From NCBI GenBank assembly GCA_964016885.1, contig OZ024740.1:202616001-202680000 (forward strand): a stretch of 64,000 nt of DNA. Direction: 5' to 3'. The position numbers were made by a program, and so were the translations under genes. Positions within the stretch are counted from its first letter, which is position 1. The number at the start of each line of letters is the position of its first letter. This document shows positions 13,840 through 27,472 of this stretch, piece by piece. The notes beneath the pieces were generated by a model that was not told where the DNA came from, did not search any database, and saw only the letters and a program-made list of their open reading frames with translations. Source of the DNA: Eledone cirrhosa (Eukaryota).

Positions 13840-14430
13840 ACCATAGTAGTTGATAGTTTCTGTTACTTAGGTGGCCTAATTAGCAGTGGAAGAGATTGCT
13901 GAGATATCAGAGTAGCTAGGATAAAAACAGGCTGAAAAAAGGTCAAGAAGCTATTACCTCCATTAACAACAAAAGGATTCTCCAAGAGTAGGCTGTATGA
14001 CACTTGTGTGAGTAGTGCAATGTTGCATGGCAGTGGGGTGGGGACGGTAAATACAGAGACTATGTGAAGGGGGAAGAGAAATGAAGTGAGCCTGTTCCAT
14101 TGGATGTGCAATGTTAATGTGCATGAACAACAGGGCATGGATCAACTGAGAGAAAACTATATATAAGAGGAACCAGCTGAACGTACAAGAGAGAATATTG
14201 CACTGATATGGATATGGATAATGAACAGTGGGTGAAGAAGTGCCCAGAGATACCTGTGGAATGAACGATGGGTGAAGAAGTGCCAGGAGATAACTGTGGA
14301 AGGAAGCTGGATAATGAATGATAGGTGAAGAAGTGCCAGGAGATACCTGTGGAAGGAAACTGCAGTAGAAGACCAAGAAAACCCTGGGTAAAGGTGGGTA
14401 GAATCTCAGAATCCTGAACCTAATAGAGGA
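13840..14430 (+). mobile_element. Decayed RTE LINE 3' portion (same lineage as 41597-44648)
   Basis: Reads VVDSFCYLG...ARIKTG*KK..LLP.LTTKGFS..RLYDTCV..AMLHGS, with stops and frameshifts. Similar fragments at ~11050-11335, 45195-45358 and 45880-46200. Confidence 0.7.
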
Positions 14431-14666
14431 AAGGTATTTATTATATACACTATGTTGGCATGGATTAGGCAGATCATTATAGCCCAAGTCAATACTTTTC
14501 TAGAGTCACTGCCATCCTAGATGTGGGGGAAAGCCATGTCTTGTTCGATTGTTTCATTTTTGACATAGCTACTATGTGTATGTGTCTGTGTATCAAAATC
14601 CATTGTGGAGAGTAGCCATGGGTTCACAGTAATACAATATCCTCCCTATCATTTTCCCCACCTCCA

Positions 14667-14697
<31 letters not shown>

Positions 14698-14791
14698 GTA
14701 TGTATGTGTGTGTATACACACATACATTTATATTTTCACCCATACAACCCTTGCTAGCTTGAAAAACGGATGTGGAATGTTAATGATGTTG

Positions 14792-14824
<33 letters not shown>

Positions 14825-16846
14825 GTGACTCAAAAAATAACTTCATTAAAAGTTGATATCATCAAAAGTAATCTTAGCTGTTGTAGTTATTTAGCCACAG
14901 GTCAACCTTAATTTAGCAGCAGATCTTCTATTTCTTCCCATCCAGAGTTTTTTTTATACCTACAACTATAATGATTTGTCCAATGTGACCAATTTTTTTT
15001 TTTTTTTTTTTTTTTTAAAGATGTTACGGTGGTTTTTAAGGTAGATGAGCTGCTATTTCTAGCAGATGGAGTGACCACATGGGTTTCCCTCAGTTGACTC
15101 AAATTACGAAACTATCATTGGTGTAGTCTCTTGATCTGTCTAGCATGATTGTGGGAGTAAAGGTCTTATTCTCTTATAGCTCATTAGATTACATATATCC
15201 AGTTGTGACAGAAGCTACAGAATCTAGTGAAGTGTGTGTGGCTGTGTGGAGAGGAAGAGAGGGAGATGGCAGTTGTCAGAGATGGCCTCTACTACCATTA
15301 AGATCAGCTGGCCAGGGAGACCTCACAGAGTTTCATTGCTAACTAAACCTTGTCCCATATTTCTAATGAAAGACATTGCCTATGATTTTCAAATATTGAT
15401 AATTTGAAAAATAATTAACAATTTGGAGGGATTTAGTAGAATAACTGCCTCTGGCAGTATCGGTAGAGGGTCGGACGCCATGCTTTGACGCATAGAGTTA
15501 CGGCCCTTGCCATTCTGAGTTCAAATCCCGCTGAGGTTAACTTTGCCTTTCATCCTTACGGGGTCGATAAAATAAAGTACCAGTAATGTACTGGGTAAAT
15601 GCTGGCCTTGTGCCAATAGTAGAAACAATTATTAAGCTGGTGTTTGAAACATTATTTGACAAAAAGTTCTTACATAAAATTATGATGGAATATTTATAAA
15701 GACAAATGTAAACACTTTAAGAATTGCATCGAAGTGAATGAAGATCTGCAAAGATTGGAAATAAATAAGACAAGCATGTTCCGATGGATGTGTAATATAG
15801 ACCAAGTATGGAGACACATGGCTTAGTGGTTAGAGCATTGGCCTTGCAATCGAAAGGTTGTGAGTTCAATTCTCAGACCAGGTGATGTGTTGTTTCCTTG
15901 AGCAAGACACTTTATTTCACATTGCTCCAGTTTACTCAGCTGTAGAAATGAGATGATAGGGACTGGGGTCCCTATCATTCCACTGCAAAGGGGTCGTGGA
16001 GGTGCCACCGCAAAAAAGCACCCAGTCCACACTGTAAAGTGGACGTGTAGGCGCCACGGAAAAAAAGCACCCAGCACTCACTGTAAATGAGGTTGGTGTT
16101 AAGAAGGGCATCCAGCTGTAGAAATCAAGCCAGAATCAGTTCCCGACCCACCCTTGCAAAATGATGATATCAACAAACTGAGAGAAAAGCTGAGCATAAG
16201 AGAGATTAAATGCTGTATACAAGTGAGAAGTCTGTGCTGGTATCGATATAGATTGTATATGAAGAATTAAACCTGTATAAAAAAGTGTAGGACACTCAAC
16301 GTTGATGGAAACTATAAAAGAACCTCACAAAGTGGAACCTCATGAAGAAGAATACACCAGTTGTGGTGCCATGATAGAAATGCACCCAACCTACTCTGTA
16401 AAATGGTGTCACAATGAAAAGCACACAGTCTACACTGTAAGGCTGGGGCCCACCACAAAATCACCCAGTCCACCTTGCATGGTGGTTGTACCAAAGACAG
16501 TAATATATTCCCAGTACACATAAAGTGGTAGGCAATAGGAAGGGCAAAGTAGAATGTGTGAGGAAAACATGGTCATCAGACCAGTCTAGCTTCTGTATCT
16601 ATATATAAATTTCTGCGATTCTGTCACAACACGTAAAAAGAGAGGAGTAGTTTGACTACCTCATACTACTCCACTCTCTTTACATCTGCTGCCTGTGTGA
16701 ATATGTGTGTATAAAAGGAAGGGGATGGTGAAAAAACTAGTGTTTGAGTGTATGTATATGTTTGTGTAAATGTTTGTGTTTGTGAGAGTGTATTTTTGTA
16801 AGTGTGTCTGTGTTTGCACGTTTATATTTATATACTCATACATATA

Positions 16847-17193
16847 GGAGGCACATGGCTTAGTGGTTAGAGCATTGGGCTTGCAATCGAAAGGTTGTGA
16901 GTTCAATTCTCAGACCGGGTGATGTGTTGTTTCCTTGAGCAAGACACTTTATTTCAAATTGCTCTCGTTTACTCAGCTGTAGAAATGAGATGATAGGGAC
17001 TGGGGTCCCTATCATTCCACTGTAAAGTGGTCGTGGGGGTGCCACGGCAAAAAAGCACCCAGCACTCACTGTAAATGAGGTTGGTGTTAGGAAGGGCATC
17101 CAGCTGTAGAAATCAAGCCAGAATCAGTTCCCATCCCACCCTTGCAAGCAGAGAAAAAGCGGACGTAAAATGAAATGATGATGATGATGATGA
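16847..17193 (+). mobile_element. tRNA-derived SINE family 2 (~350 bp) with RTE-derived tail
   Basis: Head ggaggcacatggcttagtggttagagc...gagttcaattctc (A/B boxes), core tccttgagcaagacactttatttc, 1-3 copies of a ~49-bp module, then gttggtgttaggaagggcatccagctgtagaaa and tail cccttgcaagcag.gaaaagcggacgtaaaa(tga)n. Other copies: 15809-16170, 31053-31352(-), 47331-47622, 49784-50133(-), 57191-57577. Confidence 0.85.
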
Positions 17194-17223
17194 TATAAAT
17201 GTATGTATATGCCACCAAACTTC

Positions 17224-17930
17224 CACTGTAAAGTGGTCATGTAGGTGTCACGACAAAGAGCACCCAGCCCACACTGTAAATGTGGTTGTGTAGGTGTCAC
17301 GACAAAGAGCACCCAGCCCACACTGTAAATGTGGTTGTGTAGGTGTCACGACAAAGAGCACCCAGCCCACACTGTAAATGTGGTTGTGTATATGCCACCA
17401 AACTTCCACTGTAAAGTGGTCATGTAGGTGTCACGACAAAGAGCACCCAGCCCACACTGTAAATGTGGTTGTGTAGGTGTCACGACAAAGAGCACCCAGC
17501 CCACACTGTAAATGTGGTTGTGTAGGTGTCACGACATAGAGTACCCAGCCCACACTGTAAATGTGGTTGTGTAGGTGTCACGACAAAGAGCACCCAGCCC
17601 ACACTGTAAATGTGGTTGTGTAGGTGTCACGACAAAGAGCATGCAGCCCACACTGTAAATGTGGTTGGTGTTAGGAAGGGCATCCAACTGTAGAAAACCC
17701 GCCAGACAGTCCTATGCGAGTGGGAAAACCCCCGTCCAAACCCATGCAAGCGTGGAACACGGACGCTAAACCTGATGATGATGATGATGTAGGTGTCACG
17801 ACAAAGAGCACCCAGCCCACACTGTAAATGTGGTCGTGTAGGTGTCACGACAAAGAACACCCAGGCCACACTGTAAATGTGGTTGTGTAGGTGTCACGAC
17901 AAAGAGCACCCAGGCCACAGTGTAAATGGG
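17224..17930 (+). repeat. 49-bp minisatellite derived from the SINE/LINE internal module
   Basis: Unit cactgtaaatgtggttgtgtaggtgtcacgacaaagagcacccagccca; period 49 (17272, 17321, 17370). Interrupted by an RTE-type tail at ~17665-17790. Confidence 0.9.
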
Positions 17931-19093
17931 GTTGGCGCTAGAAAGGGCATCCAGCCATAGAGAGCCAGCCAGAAACAGCCCTGTATGAGTGAGATACGGT
18001 CACCCGACCCGACTTACCTCTAAATGGGACAAGTCTGTCTAACCCATGCTAGCATGGAAGATGATGATGATGCACACACACACACATGCATATACACATA
18101 CGCTTCAGTGTGTTGAAAAACATCCTAATATTTGAAAATGTTTAACAAGTGTGCATCTGCTTTGTTAGCTGCCACTTAATTCTGCATCCTCCCCCACCAA
18201 TTGGTCACTAGTTACTCAGCAAGTACATGGTCTTATATAGAACCTTGTCCCTCACTACATTAAGGAAGGTCTAACTTTAACCTTTTTTTTTTTTGCTGCA
18301 GTTGTTTCAATCTGTGTGACAACCTGGCTAACCCATGCAAGCATGGAAAATAGATCTTAGAAGGTGATCCTGATAATTGTTTCTCCATTTGGCACAAGGC
18401 CAGTAATAACCCAGTACATTACTGGTACTTTATTTTATCGACGCCGTAAGGATGAAAGGCAAAGTTAACCTCGGTGGGATTTGAACTCAGACCGTAAAGG
18501 TACATAACTATGCTTGAATGTATGGCGTCCGACCCTCTACCGATACTGCCAATTCACCATGATGTGTGTGTGTGTGTTTATGTGTGTGTATATTTATGTG
18601 TGTATGTATGTGTGTGTCTATTGTGTGTGTGTGTATATATATGTATATATGTGTGTGTCTGTGTGTGTGTAATACACACTGCCACTTAGACACTCCAGTA
18701 GTTTATAGTTGTTTTTGGTGTCACAGACTCCTGTCTCACCCACTCACCATCCTGTCTCACCTCCTCCCTCTCCTCTCCTCCACCCTCTCCTACCCCACCT
18801 CCCCCTCCTGTGTCACCCCCCTCCTGTCACACCCTTCTTGCCTCAGCTCCCCTCTTGTCTCACCCCCTCCTGACCCACCCCCCTCTCCTGTATCACCTCC
18901 TCCCCTCCTGCCTCCCCTCCCCACCACCACAAGGTTATGATGCTTATGTTATCAATTAGTGTCTTACATTAATACACACACATGCACACACTCACATACA
19001 GTCATACACATACCTGCATACATGTACACACACACATACCTACAAACATACATTCACACATATACCTGCATATACCTACACACTTATATAGAC

Positions 19094-19135
<42 letters not shown>

Positions 19136-20137
19136 TGATACACATAACTACACATTTACAGGCAGGCACATACATTCACATATACACATACACACACATT
19201 CACACATATAGACTCACATACAGAGATCTGACCTTGCCATTCTTTTATTCAATATTAGCTAAAATCCCTCCCTCCTTCCAACCCCTCTTACCCTCCCTCT
19301 CTCACTCACTTCCTCTCTTCCTTTATCTTGCTCATTCTGTCTCGACCCCCCTCTCACTCCCTCTCTCACATAACTACACACACACACTCTCTCTCTCTCT
19401 CTTTCACATGTAGCAGGTGTAAGAGTGAGAGGAGATGAAGAGTGTGTGCATGTGAAAGTATGAGGTGAGAGAGAGAGAGATCAGTTAAATCTTAAGAAAG
19501 CATTAAACCTATCTGTTTGATACTATTTGTATACTTTCCGCCAGACAGCAAGCAGTGTCTTCCATGGGGGGGGGGGGGGGGTTTAGTTATTTCACTCCCT
19601 CTAAAAAAGCTTTAGAACCCCCTCCCCTTCCCATCAACAACAATATCTTTCCATGGAAAGTAAACCTGATGTAATTTAACCCTTTCATTACCATATTTCT
19701 AATGAAAGGCAGTCTATGATTTTCAAAGAAATTTGAAAATAACCAGGAATTTGGTTTACATTATGAAGGCAGTGGGATTGGCTGTATCGGTAGAGCGTCG
19801 GACAACATGCTTTGCTGCATAGTTACAGCCCTTTACGTTCTGAGTTCAAATTTATGGGGTCGATAAAATAAAGTACCAGTAATGCACTAGGGTCGATTTA
19901 ATCGACTCTCCCCCTTCAAATTGCTGGCCCTGTGCCTAAACTAGAAACAATTATTAAGTTGGTGTTATGGTCGAAGGTTTTTAGATAAATATAAACAATT
20001 TAACATTTTTATTACTATTATTCCGAATGAAAAACAGTGCCTATGATTTTTAACTATTTTTTAAAATAATCAATTTATTAAGCTGGTGTTGGAAACATAA
20101 CATAACAAAAGTTCTTACATAAAATAATGATGTAAAG

Positions 20138-20201
<64 letters not shown>

Positions 20202-20202
<1 letters not shown>

Positions 20203-20806
20203 CACGTTGGTATGGTCATGTGATGCGCATGAAGGACGATAGCTGTATAACAAAGTGCAGGGCAATAAAGATAGACGGTAGCCACGGAATAGGCAGACCC
20301 AGAAAAACCTGGGACGACTTGATAAATTCCGACCTCACACACTTACACCTCACCAAGACAATGGCACTGGACCGAGACCTTTGGCGGTACTCAGTAATAG
20401 AGAAGACCCGCCTTACCTAAATACAAAGTAAAACCTTCTACAGTCAGTAGGCATCTCTAACAAAATACACCCCGTCCCACCATCCCCACCCCATCCACAC
20501 CGCCTCTTTCAATGTAAAGTTATGTTGGTGCCACAACATCCAGGCCGAAACAAATGAGATCGTGTAGGTGTCACGTCAAAAAACACAGTTCACGCTGTAA
20601 TGTGGCCGTGTAGGCAACACGGTAAAAACCTCCCAGCCCCACACTGTAAAGGTGGTTGGTGTTAGGAAGGGCATCCAGCTGTAGAAAACCCGCCAGACAG
20701 TCCTATGCGAGCAAGACAATCACTCTTGCCTCAAGTGGGAAAACCCCCGTCCAAACCCATGCAAGCGTGGAACACAGACGTTAAACGATGATGATGATGA
20801 TGATGA
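20202..20806 (+). mobile_element. 5'-truncated RTE LINE (ORF end + 3' UTR with stem-loop modules + (GAT)n tail)
   Basis: [34 protein letters not shown], then a UTR ending gcaagcgtggaacacagacgttaaac(gat)n. Begins right after a (TA)n tract. Confidence 0.85.
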
Positions 20807-22657
20807 CTTTAAAACCACCACCATTCATTCAGGGAGTTGGCAGGGTTTAAGGGATTGGGTAACCAAAGGATCAACTGTTTGATACTCTTTGTAAGCTATC
20901 ACCCAGACAGCAAGTAGTGTCTTTTGGACTATTGAGAGGTTGTAAGTGAGGGGGTTGTGATTTCATTTTCACTAGCTAAATACAAAAGCTTTAGATAACT
21001 TTCTCCCCAACCCCCACCAACCTCAGCAATGTCTTTTCCATGGAAAGCAAACCTAATTTTTCTTTAAACTCCATCACAGGTTGAGTTTGAATGAACCTTA
21101 AACAAACAGAGCAGTTTTCTCTTGAAGCACCCCTACCAAGGTCACTGAAGATATATATATATACTCTGACACTGGCTACAGTTCTTCTCTTTTATACAAG
21201 TGTCTGCTACCTCCTTCCCACAACTCTTACCATAACTATCCCTATCCACTTCATATTCCATTATGCTGTCTTCGTCCCCTTCTCCGCCTTTGTGTTCCTC
21301 TCTCTAGCTTCCCCTTTCTCATTTACCCCCTCCAGTAATTACCCCTCTCTATCCACTTTCTCTCTCTCTCCCTGCCCCCACCTCTAAATCTGTTTCCTTA
21401 TATACCCACCATATGCCAGATGAAAATTCCCCAAATTTTCCTTTGTGTTTTTTTAATATAGTTTTAATTTTTTATATTATTATTCCCTGTTTTTAGTTTG
21501 TTACCAACACACCCCTCTGTACTATGTTAGTGTGGGTTGAATGGGTCTACAAAATCAAATATTTGCCTTTATTGTTGAAACAGCTGTTTTATAACTAACT
21601 GACTGGATTCTTTTCTAAAGCCAATGATCAGATAATTAGAAAAGCTGGCCTGTCTACTAAAAGACCAGCAAATAGACCAGCTTCTATAATTATTTGACCA
21701 TCTACTAAGACCTGCAGATGGTCAAATAATTAGAAAGGTTGGCCTATCTACCAAATGAAGTACCACAGATTCAATATTGTAGCTATACAACCCCTGACAA
21801 ATACTTGTAACTAACCAAACAAACAAAATTGTTCAAAATAGCAACCAAATTTCCATGAAATGAACCCATGTCATTTTAAATACATTTTTTTCAATTCAGA
21901 GAAGTAGTGGCTCTTCTCCAAATTGATAGATCACAGCTCCAATGGGCATGTGGTTAGAATGTTTCAAGAAAAAATTGCTGGACAGATTTTACAGGCAAAA
22001 CCAACTGGCATGAGACCTGGGGGTAGACCCCGAGCAAGATGGTTGGATAAGCTCCATGAGTTTGGCTGGTTTCACTTGGGGATTTAGCTGGATCAGTTGG
22101 AGACAGTTGCTTCTGATAGGACCTGTTGGAAGGAGTATTTGAGGACTCTGTCCCCACGACCCTCTCAGGAATAAGTGGGTGAAGAAGTATTATAGAACAA
22201 GAAGCAGTTTGATATGAAATCCATCAAGGATCACATCTCTCTCTCTCTTTTTTTTTTGGAGGAGGGGGGCGGTCATGGGTAGCGGAATGGGAACATCCCC
22301 GCCCATCTAGTTTACTCAAAGTAGTAATAGTAATAGTATTAGTAGTAGATATGTAGGAGAGACATATCAGCAGCAGCATTTTGCAATCGGAGCGGGGTTA
22401 GCCCCCCACAGCTGCTAGCCCTGGAGTGGCTGTTTTGGCTTGTCTCCCTCGCTGTCCTCTGGGGCAATGCATTCCTCATCCTGTCAGCCGGAACCCAGTG
22501 GTGGAGGGCAAATTAGTTGGTGGTGGATGATACTCCTTCGGATGTCACTTCAACAACTATAGTATATTTACATATGAAGTATTTCGTTAATTTTTTTCAA
22601 CACAAATGCCACTCACTTAGTCTCAACAGCAGCAATGTCATAAATTAAAATGATATA

Positions 22658-22740
22658 CAGGATGTCGCCCCAAAATGTATACACACATATATTTATTAGA
22701 CTGCTGTTGATGTGTGTATACGTTTTTTGGAAACACTCTG
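22658..22740. mobile_element. Tc1/mariner-type MITE, second copy
   Basis: ta|caggatgtcgccccaaaatgtat...tacgttttttggaaacactctg|ta. Shares the internal atatttattagactgctgttgatgtgtg with 808-921. Confidence 0.7.
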
Positions 22741-22894
22741 TATTTATCTTTGATTCAAATGTTAACATTACCTTGAATTATGTAAGAAGCTTATAACACA
22801 TCTCACTGACAACTAGAACTGGAATTTCCCAAACAGGAACCTATCTGTGATTATAGAAGTATTTAGATTTAATTCATTAAATGTTCCAAGAAAT

Positions 22895-23140
22895 ACTATT
22901 ACTTTTACCACTACTATAACCACTTCTACTACTACTACTGCTGCTACTACTACTACCACTACTACCACCACTACTACTACCACCACCGCCACCACTACTA
23001 CTACCACCACCACCACTACTACCACCAGCACTACTACTACTACCACCACCATCACCACCACTACTACCACCATTACCACCACCACCGCCACCACTTCCAT
23101 CACCACCACCACAACCACCACCACTACCACCACTACTACT
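22895..23140. repeat. (CTA/CCA)n microsatellite
   Basis: Directly visible. Similar (GGT/GAT)n tracts at 26815-26990 and 33013-33120. Confidence 0.9.
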
Positions 23141-24997
23141 AAGTTAAAAGGGCAGTCATGTGCCCTTTTCCTCTACCTTTGACTAGTATCTATTGACTCC
23201 ATCAATAGAGGTGCTTTTATATATATTTAGCAAATATCTACATGTCTAGCTATTTAAACCGGCTGTATCCGGCCAGAATTCTCTCACCTGTTTCTGTTCA
23301 AACCGGCTGTAACTGGCCACTTATACTGATGTTAATATATTGTTCCCCCCAAAAATAACATAAAAATCTCGTAGATTCGATATTATGTGAGATAATTACG
23401 TAAGATAAAGCCTTTGCCACAAAAATACAATAGTAAATATAGAGTAATGTAAATGCTAGAAGGCTTAGTGGTTAGGGCATTTAACTCTCAATCATAAGGT
23501 TATGAGTTTCATTGTCAATTGTACATTGTGTCCTTGAGCAAGACACTTCATTTTTTAGTTTCTCCAGTCAACGCAACTGTCAATAAGGGAGTTGTATCTG
23601 AAATTTAACCCTTTAGTATTTACATTACTATTGTGTTTTCATGGTAAAGGCTTTATCTCACATAATTATCTCACATAATATTGAATCAAGGAGATTTTGA
23701 TATTATTTATTTTGAGAATAATACCTTAACATAACTATGAGCAGCTGGTTATGGCCGGTTTGAACAGAAAGAGGTGAAAGAATTCTGGCCAGATACGGCT
23801 GGTTTAAATGCTAAAGGGTTAAAGGACCAGGCTTGTTAGTTACTGAGTCATGCTACATGAAAGGGGCACATGGGTGGGTTGTTCCATTGGTTAAACAAGA
23901 GGAATATCTGTTATAGGAACCAAGGAAAGTCCACTTCTACCTGCTTCTATATTCCTATTATCTTTCCATGTTGACCACAGGACCCTACCAACGCCACCTT
24001 CAATACTACCACCACCATGACTGCCAACATCACCCTCACTATGGTGGGGATGATGGTGATAGTAGTGTTGATCGAAATGATGATGATGTTGGTGATAATG
24101 AGGGTGGATGTCGCGATAACAGGTTAAATAAATTATTTCATGTGTGGGTTGATGATGATGATGATGACAAAGTAGATAATAACAATGATGGTAGTGTTGC
24201 TGATGATGATAAACAGGTTGAATGAAATATCTGATGTGTTTCATAGATATTGAGGATTTATTAAAAGATGTCTGTGTTTGATGTCTGTTTGTCCTACATT
24301 AAAAGATAACACACACACCTACACATATGGTATCTGGTGAACAACACATTGAATGTAAGGTATTTTGATACATTGGAAATATAGTGAGTGTGGTGTGTGT
24401 GCTCTTGTATGATGATATATGTGATATTTGTCATTGTGAGTTGTACAATTAGCTACTGCTAATACTGTCTTTATTGTATCTTGCTGTCTTTATTGTATGA
24501 CTATAAGTAAAGCAATGTTGAAAACTTTCTGTGCTGCCATCAGATAAAAGTATCTTATAATATATTGTATATATTGGAATATAAGCCAACCCCCAATTTA
24601 ATGTCTGAGAAATGGGCAAAAATTCAAACCCTGTTCATAAGCCAAGGCAGCTAATCAACACATTATGTTTAGATGGTGCGGTTTTGAAATTCTTGTGAAT
24701 GGAGAATATTTTTATAAAGTTTTAATATTTTGATATCTAAAATGCTTTAAGTGTCATTTAGAGCATAGTTTTTGTTTCACAACTCCGTTACATATTGATT
24801 TTTTACCAATTTAAAACCATTTTGAAGGCCATATTCATTCAAAATGAAAACAATAGAAAAAATAAATTTCACTCCCAAAATGAAACCTGTGTAATATTCA
24901 CCTCCAATGCAAAAATATTTTAGCACCTTATTTACATATATACAAGTATATACAGTAATTTGATAAAAATTTATTAGATGTTTTTTTATATATATAT

Positions 24998-25338
24998 ATA
25001 TTGTTATACTTTATGAGGGTCATGCTGCCAATAAAAACACACACACCTATTGGTTTTCACTTCAATTTATTATAAATTTCCAGCTGGTTGGTTCGACAAC
25101 CAGATGGTTGTTTATATATTGTCAAAGCTCTTTCGTCATACATTCTGTGACTTCCTCAATGACTAGGTTTTTATTTTGTGTCTCTCCTTTGTGTGACAAA
25201 AGAGCTTTGACAATATATAAACAACCATCCAGTTATTGAACCAACCAACCAACTGAAAATTTATAATAAATTGAAGTGAAAACCAACAGGTGCATGTGTT
25301 TTTATTGGCAGCGTGACCCTCCCAAAGTATAACAATAT
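24998..25338. mobile_element. Fold-back element / long-TIR MITE
   Basis: ~140-bp inverted arms: 24998-25141 (atattgttatacttt..gagggtca..gtcaaagctcttt) and 25191-25338 (aaagagctttgac..tgaccctc..aaagtataacaatat), around a ~50-bp spacer. Confidence 0.75.
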
Positions 25339-27429
25339 CTGTTTCAACACACATACTAAGATAAGAACCCTTTCATGACTATATTTCTAATGAAAGACAC
25401 TGCATATGATTTTAAAATCATTTTGAAAATAATCAAGAATTTGGAAAGATTTAGTAATAGAATTATGATGGAAGGTTTATAGATAAATACAAAGACTTTA
25501 AAATAAAGTTTTGTATCACAGTCAGGGCTGTGTCTAATGAAAGACACTGCCTATGTTTTTCAAATTACTTTGAAAATAATTAAGAATTGGAAAGATTTAG
25601 TAAAATATCTAATTTTCTCATTAACATGCTGGTGTTTGGAACATAATTTAACAAAGGTTCTTACATAATATTTTGATGGGAAGTTTATAGATAAATATAA
25701 ACACCTTAAAATAAATAGCTTTGTCTCATAGAACAAGGGCATATGTCGTCTTAAATTTGTCTATAAGATATAGGAATAGGTTCTGCGAAAAAATAAGTTT
25801 GGGAACCACTGCTACAAGACAAGCTTATTTGTTGTTGTTTGAGTGAATGATTGGGTTGGTGGGTGGTATTGATGTTAGGATGAAATTTAGTGTCCACCAA
25901 GAATCACATTTTGGCAGCTGTGACAATCTCTTGACACGCACACACTCACTCCAAACACACAGCCAACACTATAAAAAAAATCTAAAGTGTTTACTGATTT
26001 CAGTAGCTGCCAAATGTTGTTATATCATCACAGACTATCTCCTCCTCCTACTACCCCTCCTCCTTTCATTACAATCTGTTCAACTATTGTATGTTGGACC
26101 TCTGTCAGTTCCAACAACAAGTGTTTCAATTGTATAAACAACAGAAAAGAGCCTGCTCATGAAATTAACATGCAAGTGGCTGAGCATTCCACAAACACAT
26201 GTACCTTTAATGTAGTTCTTAGTGAGATTCAGTGTGATAAGGCTGACCCTTTCAATTACAGGTACAACTCATTTTACCAGCTGAGTGAACTGGAACGACA
26301 TGCAGACCCAAATATGCCACCTCAGATTGAACTCACGACTTTACAATTGTGCGCTGAACACCCTTACCACTAACCATACCCATCAACTACTATAAAATAT
26401 AGAACAACAAAAATATATATTTAACCCTTTATCATTTACATTACTCTATATTAACTATTGTATTTTCACAGTAAACACTTTCACATAATATTGAATCTTT
26501 GAGATTTTGATATTATTTATTTTGAGAACAATACCTTAACATCAGTATGATTAGCCAGTTACAGTCGGTTTGAAAAGAAAGAGGTGAGAGAATTCTGGCT
26601 GGATATGGCTGGTTTAAATGCTAAAGGGTTAATCATCAATGTTATAGCTGAAGCTGGTGGATTGGCTGACTATTTAAAACATCAGATGTAATACTTTGCA
26701 CTATTTGTTCTGGTTCTTTACATTCTGAGGTCAAATTCTGCCTAAGTCAATTTTGCCTTTCATCCTTCTGAATTCTTTGAAATAAAGTTCCAGTTGAGGA
26801 GCAAGTACCAGTGGACAATGATGGTGGTGATGGTGATGGTAATGATGATGATGATGGTGGTGGTGGTAGTAATAACGATGGTGGTGGTAATGATGATGGT
26901 GGTGGTGGTGGTAATGATGGTGGTGGTGGTGGTGGTGGTGGTAATGATGATGTTGGTGCTTATGGTGGTTGTAATGGTAATAGTTATGTCCTCTAACATT
27001 TTACATCATTTTAAATACACCCTCTTTGTCTTTTGTCTATTTGTCTGTTAACTCCACAACATCCATGTCTTCTTCTACTACTACTACCACCACCATTACT
27101 ACCATAACCTCTGCTAGGACTATTACCCATCATTATCACTACTACTACTATTACTACAACTATTATTATTATATAGATGTGTGTGTATGTGATGTTGTTA
27201 ATACTGCTAATGAGAAGCAGTTGTATCTGGTAGAAGAAAGGAAAAACAAAAAAGAAACAAAAGAAAAACACCTTTTTGGGGGGGCTTCAATAAGTCTCTT
27301 GATAATCTTTGCAATTTCATGTTTTTAAATTTTGAATTTTTCTTTCAACAGTTTCTTTCTTATAAAAATATATTGCGTTTTTCTGTCTTTTGTTTTCATT
27401 CTTTTCACTAAGATAATACACACACAGCC

Positions 27430-27472
<43 letters not shown>

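Noticed and set aside
16847-16920. tRNA genes at SINE heads
   Set aside because: A/B boxes are present but there is no proper acceptor stem or cloverleaf, and each head runs on into a SINE body.
17224-17930. CRISPR-like repeat-spacer array
   Set aside because: Head-to-tail near-identical 49-bp units without spacers, derived from a SINE/LINE module.
22425-22500. HDV-like ribozyme around tccctcg
   Set aside because: Could not build P3 or P1 pairings by eye.
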